Positions 1-12,120 of a stretch of DNA of 64,000 nt are shown one piece after another. Origin of the DNA: Neoechinorhynchus agilis (lineage: Eukaryota; Animalia; Acanthocephala); the NCBI GenBank assembly GCA_051530055.1, contig JBMGUZ010000004.1:73867-137866 (forward strand), read 5' to 3'. Every line of letters begins with the position of its first letter. Position 1 is the stretch's first letter. The position numbers and the translations under genes were made by a program. The notes under the pieces were generated by a model that saw only the letters and a program-made list of their open reading frames with translations, was not told the origin of the DNA and ran no database searches.

Positions 1-1810
1 GGTTATAGTTACGTCATCAAAAAATACGATTGACGTCAAAAAATTATTACAGTGACCTCATGAAAAATGAAGTGACGTAATCAAAAAATTTAAGTTGCGT
101 CATCAAAAAATTTGATTGACGTCATGAAAATTTTTTGATTCTTCCGCGCATGTTGCGACGTCATATGTAAGAGTAATGTCATCAAAAAATTTGAGGGACG
201 TCATCAAGAAATTGAGCGGCGTTATAAAAAAAATTTGAGCCGCAAAATGTTTTGGGACGTAAAAAGAATATTTGATGACGCCACTATATTTTTTATGACG
301 TCGCTTAAATTTTTGATGACGTCAAAAAAAATTTGATGACGTCACTAAAATTTTTGATAATGTCAAAAAAATTTGTTGATGATGTCATTCAAATTTTATA
401 TTTCGTAACTCGAATTGTTTAATGATGTCACAAAATTTATTGATGACTTCACTCAAATTTTTGATGACGTCACCTAAAGATATTGATGACGTCACTCAAA
501 TTGCTCATGACGCCACAACATTTATTGATGACGTCACTCAAATTTTTGAAGACATCACCCGAATTTTTGATGATGTAACAAAAATTATTGATGACGTAAC
601 TCAAATTTTTTTATGACGTAACAAAAATTTTTAATAACGTTACTAAAACTTTTGATGACGTCACTAGAATTGTCGATGACGTAACTGAGAATCTTTGATG
701 ACTTAACAAAATTGTTTGATGACGTCACTCAAATTTTTGATTACGTTACCCAAATTTTTTGATGACGACACGAAATTATATAATAACGTCACAAAATGTT
801 TTGATGACGTCACTCTATATGAGGTCACTCTAATTTTTGATGACGTCACAAAATTTTATTATGACGTCACCCAAATTTCCTATGACGTAACGCAAATTGT
901 TGATGACATCACTCAAATTTTTTGATGACGTCAATCACCTTTGTCGATGACGTCACTCAAATATATGATGACGTCGGTCGAATTATAAATTACGTCACTC
1001 ATATTTTTTTATGACGTCACCAAAATTGTTGATGACGTCACAAAAAGTTTTATGTCGTCACTCAAATTTGTCTATGACGTCACTACAATTTTTTATGACG
1101 TCAATCGGAATTTTCGATGATGTCGAAAAATTTGCTGATAACGTCACTGTAATTTTTTATGACGTCACTATAATTTTTCGATGACGTCGCTCAAATTTTT
1201 GATGCTGTCACAAAATTTGTTGATGACGTCACTCGCAATTTATATTACATCACACAGATTTTTTGATAACGTCACGAAAAAAATTTTGATGACGTCGCTC
1301 AAATTTTCGATGACGTTACTCCATTGATAAAGTCACTATAATTTTTCAAAACGTCTCAAAATTTTTTAATGGCGTCACTCAAATTTTTTTGATGAAGTCA
1401 CAAAATTTGCTGATGACGTCACTCAAATTTTTGATGACGTCAAAAAATTTTTGAGGCCGTCACCCAAATTTTTTATGTCGTCACTAAAATTCTCGATAAC
1501 GTCACAAAAAAATTTTGATGACTTCACTCAAATCCGCTAATAACGTCACAAAATTTTTTGATGACGTCACTTAAATTTGTTAAATACGTCACTCGAATTG
1601 TCGATCACGTAACTCTAATTGTTTGATGACGTCACAAAATTTTCGGATGATGTCACTCGAATTTTTGATTACGTCACAACATTTTTGATGACGTCATTCA
1701 AATTGTTGATGACGTCACCCAAATTTTTTGACGACGTCACAAAATGTTTTGATGCCGTCTCTCAAATTTTTGGGGCGTCACAACAATTTTATGTTACGTT
1801 ACTCAAATTT
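1..1810. repeat. Degenerate ~21-bp tandem satellite (consensus TTTTGATGACGTCACTCAAAT) containing the TGACGTCA palindrome
   Basis: Recurrent ttttgatgacgtcac(t/a)caaa units. The 7-aa periodic pseudo-ORFs (DDVTQIF) give a 21-nt period. Array polarity flips near 245. Confidence 0.9.
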
Positions 1811-2589
1811 TTTATTACGTCCACGCGTGCCACGTTTCTTTATAAGAGGAGCGTGATGGTGGTGGTATCAACGTAGACAAGTTAAATTGAAAAAGGTGGT
1901 CGTTGACTATCGTCATGAGCTGGCAACGTGGTTGAATACGCGTTTGTAATCGTCACAGTTGTGACTATATTCAAAAAACAGTGGGATCTTGGTAGTGACG
2001 TAGAGACAGTTGTGGTCGTGGTGGTCGTCGTCATCGTGAGTCTTTGTAAACCAAAGGTCATGATGGCGTGGTCGCGTACGTGTGCACAAGATGCGCACGT
2101 TCGAAGGCATGATGTTAATATATATAAATACACACAGTGTGCGGTGGATCACTAGGACCGTCGTTTGGTGAAGAACGCCGCAAAGTGCGATAAGTTCCGC
2201 GAAATGCAGATCTCCTGGAACGGAAAATGTTCGAACGCAAATGGCGACTGTGAATACAATATTCGCAGCCACATCCGACTGAGTAACGTTTAATGCTAAA
2301 GTGAGCAAGTGTGGGTGAATGTCAGTGGAAATAGATCTTCTGATCGTTGCCATTGACATTACGGTTACTGCGTTTGCCTTCGGGTGACGCGCAGGAAACT
2401 AAGATAAGGTAAATGATAAAAATCATTGCAGAGATGCTACTGCTAATATAGTTATGCAACACGTGAATCAATACTGTTCACGGTGAAAGGGTTCAATAAT
2501 TGTGAAGGGTGTTTAGCGGCGTCACGTAAAGAAGACGAAGTTTATTATTCTATTAACATTGTGGTGAATGCTTGTTGTCCCTGCTTTCA

Positions 2590-3327
2590 TTCGGGAAAAG
2601 GAAACTTCTTCCGCCTGCCCGTCATTCACGTGGAAGAAGTCGCCGCCACATACCTCCCCTCCAGTGTCGCCGCACTAATCCGTTCCGTCCTGGAAACGTG
2701 CCGGTCTTTCGAGTTGAACCTCGGTGTGATGACGGCGTGTTGCTAGCAGCTGGACCTGGTCAGGACGCTGACCAGGCCGGTCCCGTCGGGGAGGATCGAA
2801 CTACCAGGTGCCGTCTTTGGTCCGTTGTTTGTGGGCTGCGCCGACTGCCAGTGCTGAGGCATCGGTGACATTGGCGAACGCTGCTTGGCTCGTTGGGTTG
2901 GGCAAGGAGGTCCGCGTGTCACGACGCTGCGCTGGGCCTGATGTCGAGCAACCGAGTTGAACCTCGGTGTGATAACGGCGTGTTGCTTGCAGCTGGGCCT
3001 GGTCAGGGCGCTGACCTGGCCGGTCTCGTCGGGGAGGATCGAACTACCAGGTGCCGTCTTTGGTCCGTTGTTTGTGGGCTGCGCCGACTGCCAGTGCTGA
3101 GGCATCGGTGACATTGGCGAACGCTGCTTGGCTCGTTGGGTTGAGCAAGGAGGTCCGCGTGTCACGACGCTGCGCTGGGCCTGATGTCGAGCAACCGAGT
3201 TGAACCTTGGTGCGATGACGGCGTGTTGCTGGAAGCTGGGCCTGATCAGGACGCTGACCAGGCCGGTTCAGGGAAAGGAAGCTTCTTCCGGCTGCCCGTC
3301 ATTCACGTGGAAGAAGTCGCCGCCACA
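2590..3327. repeat. GC-rich 243-bp tandem repeat (~2.3 copies) bracketed by ~60-bp direct repeats
   Basis: gagttgaacc recurs at 2711, 2954 and 3197. Direct repeats ttc(a)gggaaaggaa..cttcttcc..gccgccaca at 2590-2650 and 3268-3327. Confidence 0.9.
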
Positions 3328-3424
3328 GGTGCGTTCTACTTTTGAATAGATGATGAGTTGTGTAAGATGAGGAGAGTACACGTTGTTGCATCATACTTTT
3401 ATTAGCAGAATTGGCATGAAAGTC

Positions 3425-4886
3425 ACGTTCTCAGTTCGAATGGGAGAATCCGCTGAACTTAAGCATATCAATAAGCGGAAGAAAAGAAACCAACAGGGAT
3501 TCCCATAGTAATGGCTAATGAACAGGGAATAGTTCATAACTGAATCGCGCTGACTTGTCAGCTGCGAATTGTGGTGTACGATCAGTTTGTGGGTTCAGTT
3601 GCGTGGTAATAAGTCCAGGTTGAACACGGCTTTGGCAGAAGAGGGTGATAGTCCCGTATTTGCTACGCCTTGACTATTGTTCCCTAGAACTGATTTGTGA
3701 GTCGAATTGTATGAGATTGCAATTCAAATATGTGTGGTAAACTCCATACAAAACTAAATATGACGGCGGTGCCGATAGCGAAGAAGTACCGTGAGGGAAA
3801 GTTGAAAAGGACTTTGAAAAGAGAGTTAAATAGTACGTGAAACTGCACATTGAAAAGCAAATGGGTACGCATAAGGTTCGGTCTTGGCAATTCAGATGTG
3901 TTATCTGCTGGTACATACACACACTCGTGTATGTGTACTGCAGCGTACATCGCAATTTGTTGGCTGACGCTCTGCATGACTTTGCCTCATCCGCAGACGC
4001 GTTGAACTTCAACTATTGACTTTGTCGATATTGGTGAATTGACATTGGATGAGTTCACAAGAGCACATATCTATGAGGTAGTCAAATTGCCTTTGCAGGC
4101 AACGGTCGGTTGAGGTTGAGTTTTTTAACTAAAATTGAGCATTCCAATGACGTAATCGCCAGCATCGTTGAATTCTTTCGGTGTTCTTTCACTCACTGTT
4201 TGGCTTGTTCGTCGATGTTGATTGCGGATTCAGTCGGATGTTCGAGAAGATAATGCGGGTAAAACGGCGGCATCATTTGAACCGTCTTGAAACACGGGCT
4301 AAGGAGTTCAACAAATGCGCGAGTTATCCAGATCAATAAAGCTGGATAGCATAGTTAACGCTAGTTTTTTAATGATTGTAATAACCAGCTGCGGTTATTG
4401 GCCGTTAGCCGGGTCATCACCTATGATAGATGGCACATGCAAGGTACTGTTGGTTGTTGTTCGCAATTGAACGTACATGTTGAGACCCGAAAGATGGTGA
4501 ACTATGCCTGAGTAGGATGAAGGCGGAGGAAACTCTGGTGTAGGTCCGCAGCGTTTTCGACGTGCAAATCAATCGTCAGATGTAGGTATAGGGGCGAAAG
4601 ACTAATCGAACAATCTAGTAGCTGGTTCCCTTCGAAGTTTCCCCCAGGAAAGCTGGGGTTGCATAAGACAGTTTTATCTGGTAATGCGAATGATTAGAGG
4701 CATTGGGGACGAATTGTCCTCGAACTATTCTCAAACTTTAAATGAGTAATAAGCTCGGTCACTTCTTCACAGTTGCTTATGCTGTTGCTGAGTGTTGCGT
4801 GTAAATGCGATGGCACCAAGTGGGCCATTTTTGGTAAGCAGAACTGGCGATATGGGATGAATCAAACGTTGAGCTAGGGTGCCAAA
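3425..4886 (+). rRNA. 28S: 28S rRNA 5' fragment (orphan, probably pseudogenic)
   Basis: Conserved LSU motifs ccgctgaacttaagcatatcaataagcgg, gtaccgtgagggaaagttgaaa, gacccgaaagatggtgaactatgcctg, gtaagcagaactggcg. Truncated into satA. Carries substitutions relative to the second copy. Confidence 0.95.
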
Positions 4887-7800
4887 TTAAAACGAAGCAC
4901 AAAGAGTGAGTAAACGAATGCGTTGTCAAATCTCTTGTTTTATTTGATTGATAATGTGTTCCGCAAGCGCGTCTAGATTGAAGTGAAGCACTAGGTGTGA
5001 GTACACGAATGCGTATAAAAACTTCTTATTTTTATTGCATTGATAATTTTTTCCAAAAGCGCGTCTAAATTAAAGCAAAGTACTTAGAGTAAGTAAATGA
5101 ATGCGTTTTCAAATCTCGACTTTTTGTTTAACTGATAATGTTTTCAAAAAGCGATTCGAAATTAAAGTGAAGATCTAAAAGTGAGTACACGAATGAGTTT
5201 TAAAATTGCTTGTTTTTATTGTATAGATAATGTTTTCCAAAAGCGCCTCTAAATTGCACCGAATATCTAAAAATTAGCACACGGATACGTTTTAAAATAC
5301 TGCGTTTTTATTGTATTGATAACGTTTTTTAAAAGCGCGTAAAAATTTAAGTATAGCACTAAAAGTGAGTACACGAATGCGTTTTCAAATCTCCATTTTT
5401 TACTAAAATGACAATGTCTTCCAAAAGCGCGTCTAAATTAAAGCGAAGCACGAAGAGTGAGTAAATGAATGCGTTTTACAATCTCGAGTTTTTGTTTGAT
5501 TGATAATGTTTTCCAAAAGCGTGTCTAAATTAAGGTAAGCACTAAGAATTAGTACACGAATGCATTTTATAATCTCTTCTTTTATTTGATTGATAATGTT
5601 TTCTAAAAGCGATTCTAAATTAAAGTGAAGATCTAAAAGTGAGTACACGAGTGCGTTTTAAAATAACTTGTTTTATTGTGAAGATAATGTTTTCGAAAAG
5701 CGCCTCTAAATTGCACAAAATATCTAAAAATTAGCACACGAATGCGTTTTAAAATTTCGAGTTTTTATTTGATTGATAATGTTTCCAAAAGCGCGTCTAA
5801 ATTAAAGTAAAGATCTAACAGTGAGTACAAGTATGCATTTTGTAATCGCTTGTTTATATTTGATTGATAGTGTTTTCGAAAAGCGCGTCTAACTTAAGTG
5901 AAGAACTTAGAGCGAGCAAACGAATGCGTTTTGAAATTTCGAGATATTATTTTATTGATAATGTTTTCCCAAAGCGCGTCTAAATTAAAGTAGAGATCTA
6001 AGAGTGAGTACACGCATGAATTTTTTAATCTCTTGTTCTTATTTGATGGATAATGTTTTCCAAAAGTGCGCCTAAATTAAAGTGAAGCACTGAGAGTGAG
6101 CACGCGAATGCGTTTTCAAATTTCGAGATTTTATTTGATTGATAATGTTTTCCAAAGGCGCGTCAAATTAAAGATCTAAAAGTGAGTACACGTATGAATT
6201 TTGTAATCTCCTGTTTTTGATTTGATTGATAATGTTTTCCAAAAGTTCGTCTAATTAAAGTGAAGCACTAGGAGTGAGCACACGATTGCGTTTTCAAATT
6301 TATAGTTTTTATATGATTGACAATGTTTTCCAAAAGCCCGTCTAAATTAAAGCAAAAATCTGAGATTGAGTACACGTATGTATTTTGTATACTCTTATCT
6401 TTATTTGATTGATAAGGTTTTCCAAAAGTTCGTCTAATTTCAGTGACGCACCAAGACTGAGCACACGAATACGTTTTTAAATTTCGAATTTTTATTTGAT
6501 TGAAAATGTTTTCCAAATGCGTGTCTAAATTAAAGTAAAGATCTAAGAGTGGGTACACGTATGAATTTTCTAATCTCTTGTTTTTATTTGATTGATAATG
6601 TTTTCGAAGAGCGCGTCACATTTAACTGTAGCACGAAGAGCGAGCACACAAATGCGTTTTCAAATTTCGAGATACTATTTATTTGATAATGTTTTCCAAA
6701 AGCGCGTCTGAATTAAAGTAAAGATCTAAGAGAGAGTACACGTATGCATTTTGTTATCTCTTGTTCTTATTTGGTCGATAATGTTTTCCAAAAGCGCGTT
6801 TAATTTAGGTGAAGCACTTAGATTGAGTACACGAATGCGTTTTAAAATTTCGAGATCTTATTATATTGATAATGTTTTCCAAAAGCGCGCCTAAATTAAA
6901 GTAAAGATCTAATAGTGAGCACACGAATGCGTTTTCAAATTTCGAATTTTTTTTGATTGATAAGGTTTTCCAAAAGCGCGTCCAATTTTAAGTAAAGATC
7001 TAAGAGTGAGTACACGTATGAGTTTTGTTATCTCTTGTTTTTATTTCATTGATAGTGTTTTCCAAAACGCTTCTAATTTAATTAAGCACTAAGAGCGGGT
7101 GCACGAATGCATTTTCAAAATTCGAGATTTTATTCAATTGATAATGTTTTGCAAAAGCGCGACTAAATTAAAGTAAAGATCTAAGGGTGAGTACACGTAT
7201 GAATTTTGTAATCTCTTGTGTTTATTTGATTGATAATGTTTTTCAAAACGCGTCTAATTTAATTAAGCACTTAGAGTGAGTACACGAATGCGTTTTAAAA
7301 TTTCGACTTTTCATTTGATTGATAGTGTTTTCAAGAAGTGCGTCATGCATTTTGTAATCTCGTGTTTTTATTTGATTGATAATTTTTTCCAAAAGCGAGT
7401 CTAATTTAAGTGAAGCACTAAGAGCGAGCACACGAATGCGTTTTCAAATATCGAGATAATATTTGATTGATAATGTTTTCCAAAAGCGCGTCTAAATTAA
7501 AGTGAAGCACTAAGAGTGAGCACACGAATGCGTTTTCAAATTTCGAGATTTTTTTAATTGATAAGGTTTTCCAAAAGCGCGTCTAAATTAAAGCAAGGCA
7601 CTAAGAGTGAATACAAGAATGCGTTCTCAAATCTCTTGTTTTAATTGTATTGATAATGTTTTCATAAAGCGCGTCTAAATTAAAGCGAATCACTAAGAGT
7701 TAGTACATTAATGCGTTTTAAAATCTCGAATTTTTATTTGATGGATAATGTTTTCTAAAAGTGCGTCTAAATTAAAGCGAGGCAGTAAGAGTGAGTACAC

Positions 7801-8765
7801 GAATGCGTTTTCATATCTCTTGTTTTTGTTGTATTGATGAGGTTTTCCATGAGCGCGTCGAAATTGAAGTCAGGATCTTTGGGTGAGAACACGAATGCAT
7901 TTTGTAATCTCTTGTTTTTATATGGTTGATAATGTTTTTCAATAGCGCGTCTGAGTTATGCATTTTGTAATCTCTTCATTTTATTTGATTGATAATGTTT
8001 TTCAAAAGCGCGTCTAAATTAAAGCGAAGCACTAAGAGTGAGCACGCGAATGCGTTTTAAAATTTCGAGTTATTATCTGATTGATAATATTTTCCAAAAG
8101 CGCGTCTAAATTAAAGTAAAGATTTTAGAGTGAGAACACGTATGCATTTCGTAATCTCTTGTTTTTATTTGATTGATAATTTTTTCCAAAAGCGCGTCTA
8201 GGTTAAAGTGAAGCACTGAGAGTGAGTACACGAACGCGTTTTCATCTCTTGTTTTTATTGTGTTGATAATGTTTTTCAAAAGCGCGTCTACTTTCTATTT
8301 TATTGTATTGATAATGTTTTCCGAAAGCGCGTCTAAATTAAGGTTAAGCACTAAGAGTGAGTACACGAATGCGTTTTGAAATCTCTTGTTTTTATTTGAT
8401 TGATAATGTTTTCCAATGCGCGTCTAAATTAAAGTGAAGATCTAAAAGTGAGTACACGAATGAGTTTTCAAATATCTTGTTTTTATTTGATTGGTAATGT
8501 TTTCGAAAAGCGCGTCTAATTTACAATGAAGAACTAAGAATCAGCGCACGAATGCGTTTTCAAATCTCGAGTTTTTATTTGATTGATAATGTTATCCAAA
8601 ATTGCGCCTAAATTTAAGATCTAAGAGTGAGTACACGTATGCATTTTGTAATCTCTTGTTTTTATTTGATTGATAATGTTTTCCAAAAGCGCGTCTAAAT
8701 TAAAGTGAAGCACTAAGAGTTAGCACACGAATGCGTTTTCAAATTTCGAGTTTTCATTTCGTTGA
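4882..8765 (+). repeat. 92-bp AT-rich satellite A array
   Basis: Unit aaattaaagtgaagcactaagagtgagtacacgaatgcgttttcaaatctcttgtttttatttgattgataatgttttccaaaagcgcgtct. Period 92, measured at 32111/32203. Confidence 0.95.
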
Positions 8766-10020
8766 AATGGCTCACAATCAGAAGATATTGCACGAGCACG
8801 TGTTTAAATTTTTAAATTTTATGACTTTTTGCAACGGGTAAATGGCGGACGAAACTTTGACTATCTTACTGCTAAACGCGTTAGGGATTTAACGTGTTTT
8901 CGATACGAACAACGAAAAAAATGAAGCAGCAATAAAACACTGAAGTTGATTACTGTTTTCCCGAACGTAATTTGCTCCAAATCACAAGATGTTGCTTAAG
9001 CACGTGTTAAATTTTTAAATAAATAACGTCATATTTTCGACATAAACAACAAAAAAATAAATCAGCAATAAAGCACCTAAGTCTGTTTCGGTTTTGCACT
9101 ATGTTTTTTTGTCAAAAAAAGAAGATTTTGCATGCGAACGTGAACTAATTTTTAAGCCGATGACATCTTGTTTGCGATGTAAAAAACGAAAAAACCCAAG
9201 CACCAATAAAACAATGCAGATAGTTTTTGTTTTCATGTATGTTATTTGCTGGAAATCGGAAGATATTGCATGAGCACGTGTTTTAATCTTTAAGCTGACG
9301 ACGCCATATTTTCGATGTAAGAAACAAATAAGCTAAAGCACAAATAAAACACTGATGTAGATTTCTGTTTTCCTGCATGTTATTTGTTCAAAATCAGAAC
9401 ATATTGCATGAGAGTGCGTTCTAATTTTAAAACTGGTGAGGTTTTTGGAACGGGTAAACGCCGGGCGTAACTGTAACTTTCTCAATGATTAACGCGTTAT
9501 GGATTCAACATGTTTTCGATATAAACAACGACGAAAATAAAGCGGCAATAAAACAAAGCAGTCGATTTCTATTTTACTGTATGTTATTTGCTCATAATCA
9601 GAAGATATTGCATGAGTACGTGTTTTAATTTTTAAGCTGACGACCTAATGTTATCGATATAAGAAACGAATGAACTAAAGCACAAATCAAACACTGCAGT
9701 CGATTTCGTTTTTCATGTATGTTATTTCCTCAAAATCAGAAGATATTGCATTAGCACGTGTTCTAATTTTTAGGCTCACGGCGCAATATTTTCGATGTAA
9801 AAAACTAAAGGCCCAAGAAAACACTGCAATTGATTTATGTTTTCATGTATGTTATTTGCTCGAAATCAGAAGAACATGTAATCGATGTAAACAACGAAAA
9901 AATAAAGCAATAATAAAACACTGCAGTTGGTTTCTGTTTTCCTGTATGTTATTTCCTCAAAATCAGAAGATATTGCATGAGCACGTGCTTTAATCTTTAG
10001 GCTCACGACGTCATATTTTC
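8766..10020 (+). repeat. Satellite B, mixed ~135-bp and ~205-bp units
   Basis: atcagaagatattgcatgagcacgtg recurs at spacings of ~132-139 or ~204-207. The long units carry a 28S-like insert. Confidence 0.85.
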
Positions 10021-10340
10021 GATGGAGAATTCAGAGCGACGGGAGATAGAATCGTATCAATACCGAAATGAACCGGAGGGTTGATGTATTTTGAGGGTGT
10101 TCCTCCTTTTGCTCTTGTTTCTACTCGCTCAGACGTTTCTTTGGCCTTTTGTTCGACCGTAGCTTTCTTAGTGGTTAATGAAGGTGAATCGCTTTCGCTT
10201 TTCCTATCGTTACCTTTTTTACAATTATCCATATCATACTCCGCAGTAATTTTAGAATCAGGTACAACATGATGAATATCCTCTAAGGCTGGTACCAAGT
10301 CCCTAGTAATTGTCGAAATATTCGCGGTCTTTACCAAAGC
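10021..10340 (-). other. Unidentified dispersed-repeat fragment with 108-aa ORF; internally deleted inverted copy at ~49640-49790
   Basis: gataggaaaagcgaaagcgattcaccttca...cccgtcgctctgaatt is shared with 49650-49790. No recognisable domain. Confidence 0.5.
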
Positions 10341-10734
10341 CGCATTCTCCTTTGTGGCCGCTTCACGATCCGATCGTTACGGGCTTCAATTTCGAACTGA
10401 ATAGCCTCCGCTATTATATTTTTAACTGTGCTCATCCCTTCAATTAATGAACCCTTTTGAGTTTCAGTAGCTCATTTAAAGCACTAATTTAGTGCAACAT
10501 CAACAAGAGCGAAATACTTGGTCAATTCTCATTTACCGTTCATTGATTAGAGCACGTTGACGAGAGAAAGAAAACGCTGACCTTGACGTTTAGAGGATGC
10601 TGACAAGAGCGAACGCTGTCGATAGAGAAACAGATCTTCCATTGTTTTCAACCAGAAAAATCCGTCTCGATGTACTTCATTCCCTCCAAGCAAAGGGAGA
10701 GCAATTGAGCACCATTTTTGGCATGTGAGAGCAA

Positions 10735-11145
10735 TTGAGCACCATTTTTGGCCTTCCAAAAAAAGGGACGGCAACAAAAGAATCCCACTCGGTGGAGTTG
10801 AAATGTGGTAGTCAATTATAAAATTGAGATATATTATGAACACTTTCTCTTTCTTGAAATAAAAAATGGAAGTTCTAAGGATGCGAACATATATCATCTC
10901 GAAAGTGTCTGGAGGCTACCACCATAGCGATAGAAATCACTTGACCCGATTTCCGAGAATTTAGAAAAATATGATTTTAAGCGTGAAAAGTGATTAAAAC
11001 TCATGCCTGTCTTCTAAGCTCATACTCGGCTAAAGTCCGTTGGTGAGGAATTGCGAACTATGTTAAATTATAGAGACTGTGAAGATCTCCTTGGGGAGCT
11101 TGGGATTTAGGAAGTCGCGAGAAAGGGAGAGCCATTTTTAGATTG
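10735..11145. repeat. Dispersed non-coding repeat (partial copies at 36043-36216, ~12165-12345, ~57361-57390)
   Basis: Near-identical gagcacca...gaaagtgtctg at 36043-36216. gatttaggaagtcgcgagaaagggag-like segments elsewhere. Confidence 0.65.
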
Positions 11146-11159
11146 TTAATTAAAACTTC

Positions 11160-11930
11160 ATTCTTCTTCTTACTCACGCATTTCTCTCTCTCTCTCGAGA
11201 GGTTGCGGTTCCTTCTGTTTGATGCAATCCATCCATCGTTTCCCCGGCCTTCCCCGACGGTGATTTCCCGTTATTTCCAGTTTCTCCGTGCTGCGCTGTA
11301 TGTGATCTGCTTCGCACTTCGAAACTTTGTCGTGCCAGCGCAACCTTCTTTGGACGATCAACTCTGAACAGCGGTAAGTGCCGAACAGCTCCCTGATGTC
11401 CACATTTCTTTTCTTGTCCCTTGGAGCGTACCCTGCTGCAAATCTAAGCATCCTCATCTCGTTCGTTTCTAATCTTCTGAGGTCGTTTTGCTTGGTCGTC
11501 CAAGTTTCTACGCCATATAACATAGCTGGTTGCACCACGGTCTCGAACACCAGCCCTTTCAGTTTCGGTGAGATCCCTTGGTCGCATAATACACTAGGCA
11601 TCTTCTTCCAGTTGAGGCACCCGCTTTGTATACGAGCAATTATTTCGGGTTCGAGCGAATTTGTCATATTTACTTCGCTGCCAAGATATTTCACTGTTCT
11701 TCTCATCGTCAAATCCACACCTTCTAACTTTAGCGTTTCTGGTCCATCGCATATCGTCTTCAACCTGTCTACTTTAAGACCGTCGGCTTCCAGTGCCGCG
11801 CACCACCCTTCCAGACTTCGCTAAGCCTCTTCACGTGTTTTAGCTGTCACAATCAAGTCATCAGCGAACAATAGTGTCCATGGAGGCTTTCGGGCGATTT
11901 GCTTAGAACCAACACATCCATGACGGAATA
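11160..11930 (-). mobile_element. RTE-clade LINE, 3' portion (RT C-terminus and (GAA)n tail)
   Basis: LFADD, YLGS, PAMLYGVETW, EMRMLR, RRLRW, RRGRP.KRW motifs. ttcttcttct at 11161 is a GAA tail on the minus strand. Confidence 0.9.
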
Positions 11931-11934
11931 AATC

Positions 11935-12120
11935 TCTTTAATGAGATGTGAGATGTTCAACAACCGTTACTGGTGAAAGAATGACTTGCTTGTAATAGTA
12001 AGATTTCGACAGTGTTGAATGTTCAGCTTTCACGACCAACTCATTATCTTTAAGAGACACCTGCACGTCATTTGGTGGTGATCGATATAAGCGTTTACAA
12101 TATCGTCGTAAAAGTGCCAT
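11935..12120 (-). pseudogene. Small heat-shock protein (alpha-crystallin/HSP20) fragment
   Basis: PPNDVQVSLKDNELVVKAEH...SKSYYYKQVILSP resembles alpha-crystallin beta4-beta8. Frame-disrupted and truncated by the RTE. Confidence 0.55.

Noticed and set aside
1-1810. CRISPR-like array
   Set aside because: No unique spacers, degenerate units, eukaryotic context; the same applies to the 64-bp and 92-bp arrays.
422-1876. Short ORFs with DDVT heptads
   Set aside because: Translation of the 21-bp satellite; frequent indels.
1882-2359. Overlapping ORFs of 75-148 aa
   Set aside because: No recognisable domain; low-complexity gtggtc tract; no support for a gene.
3674-4019. ORFs inside 28S (also 24871-26957)
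   Set aside because: Incidental frames within rRNA sequence.
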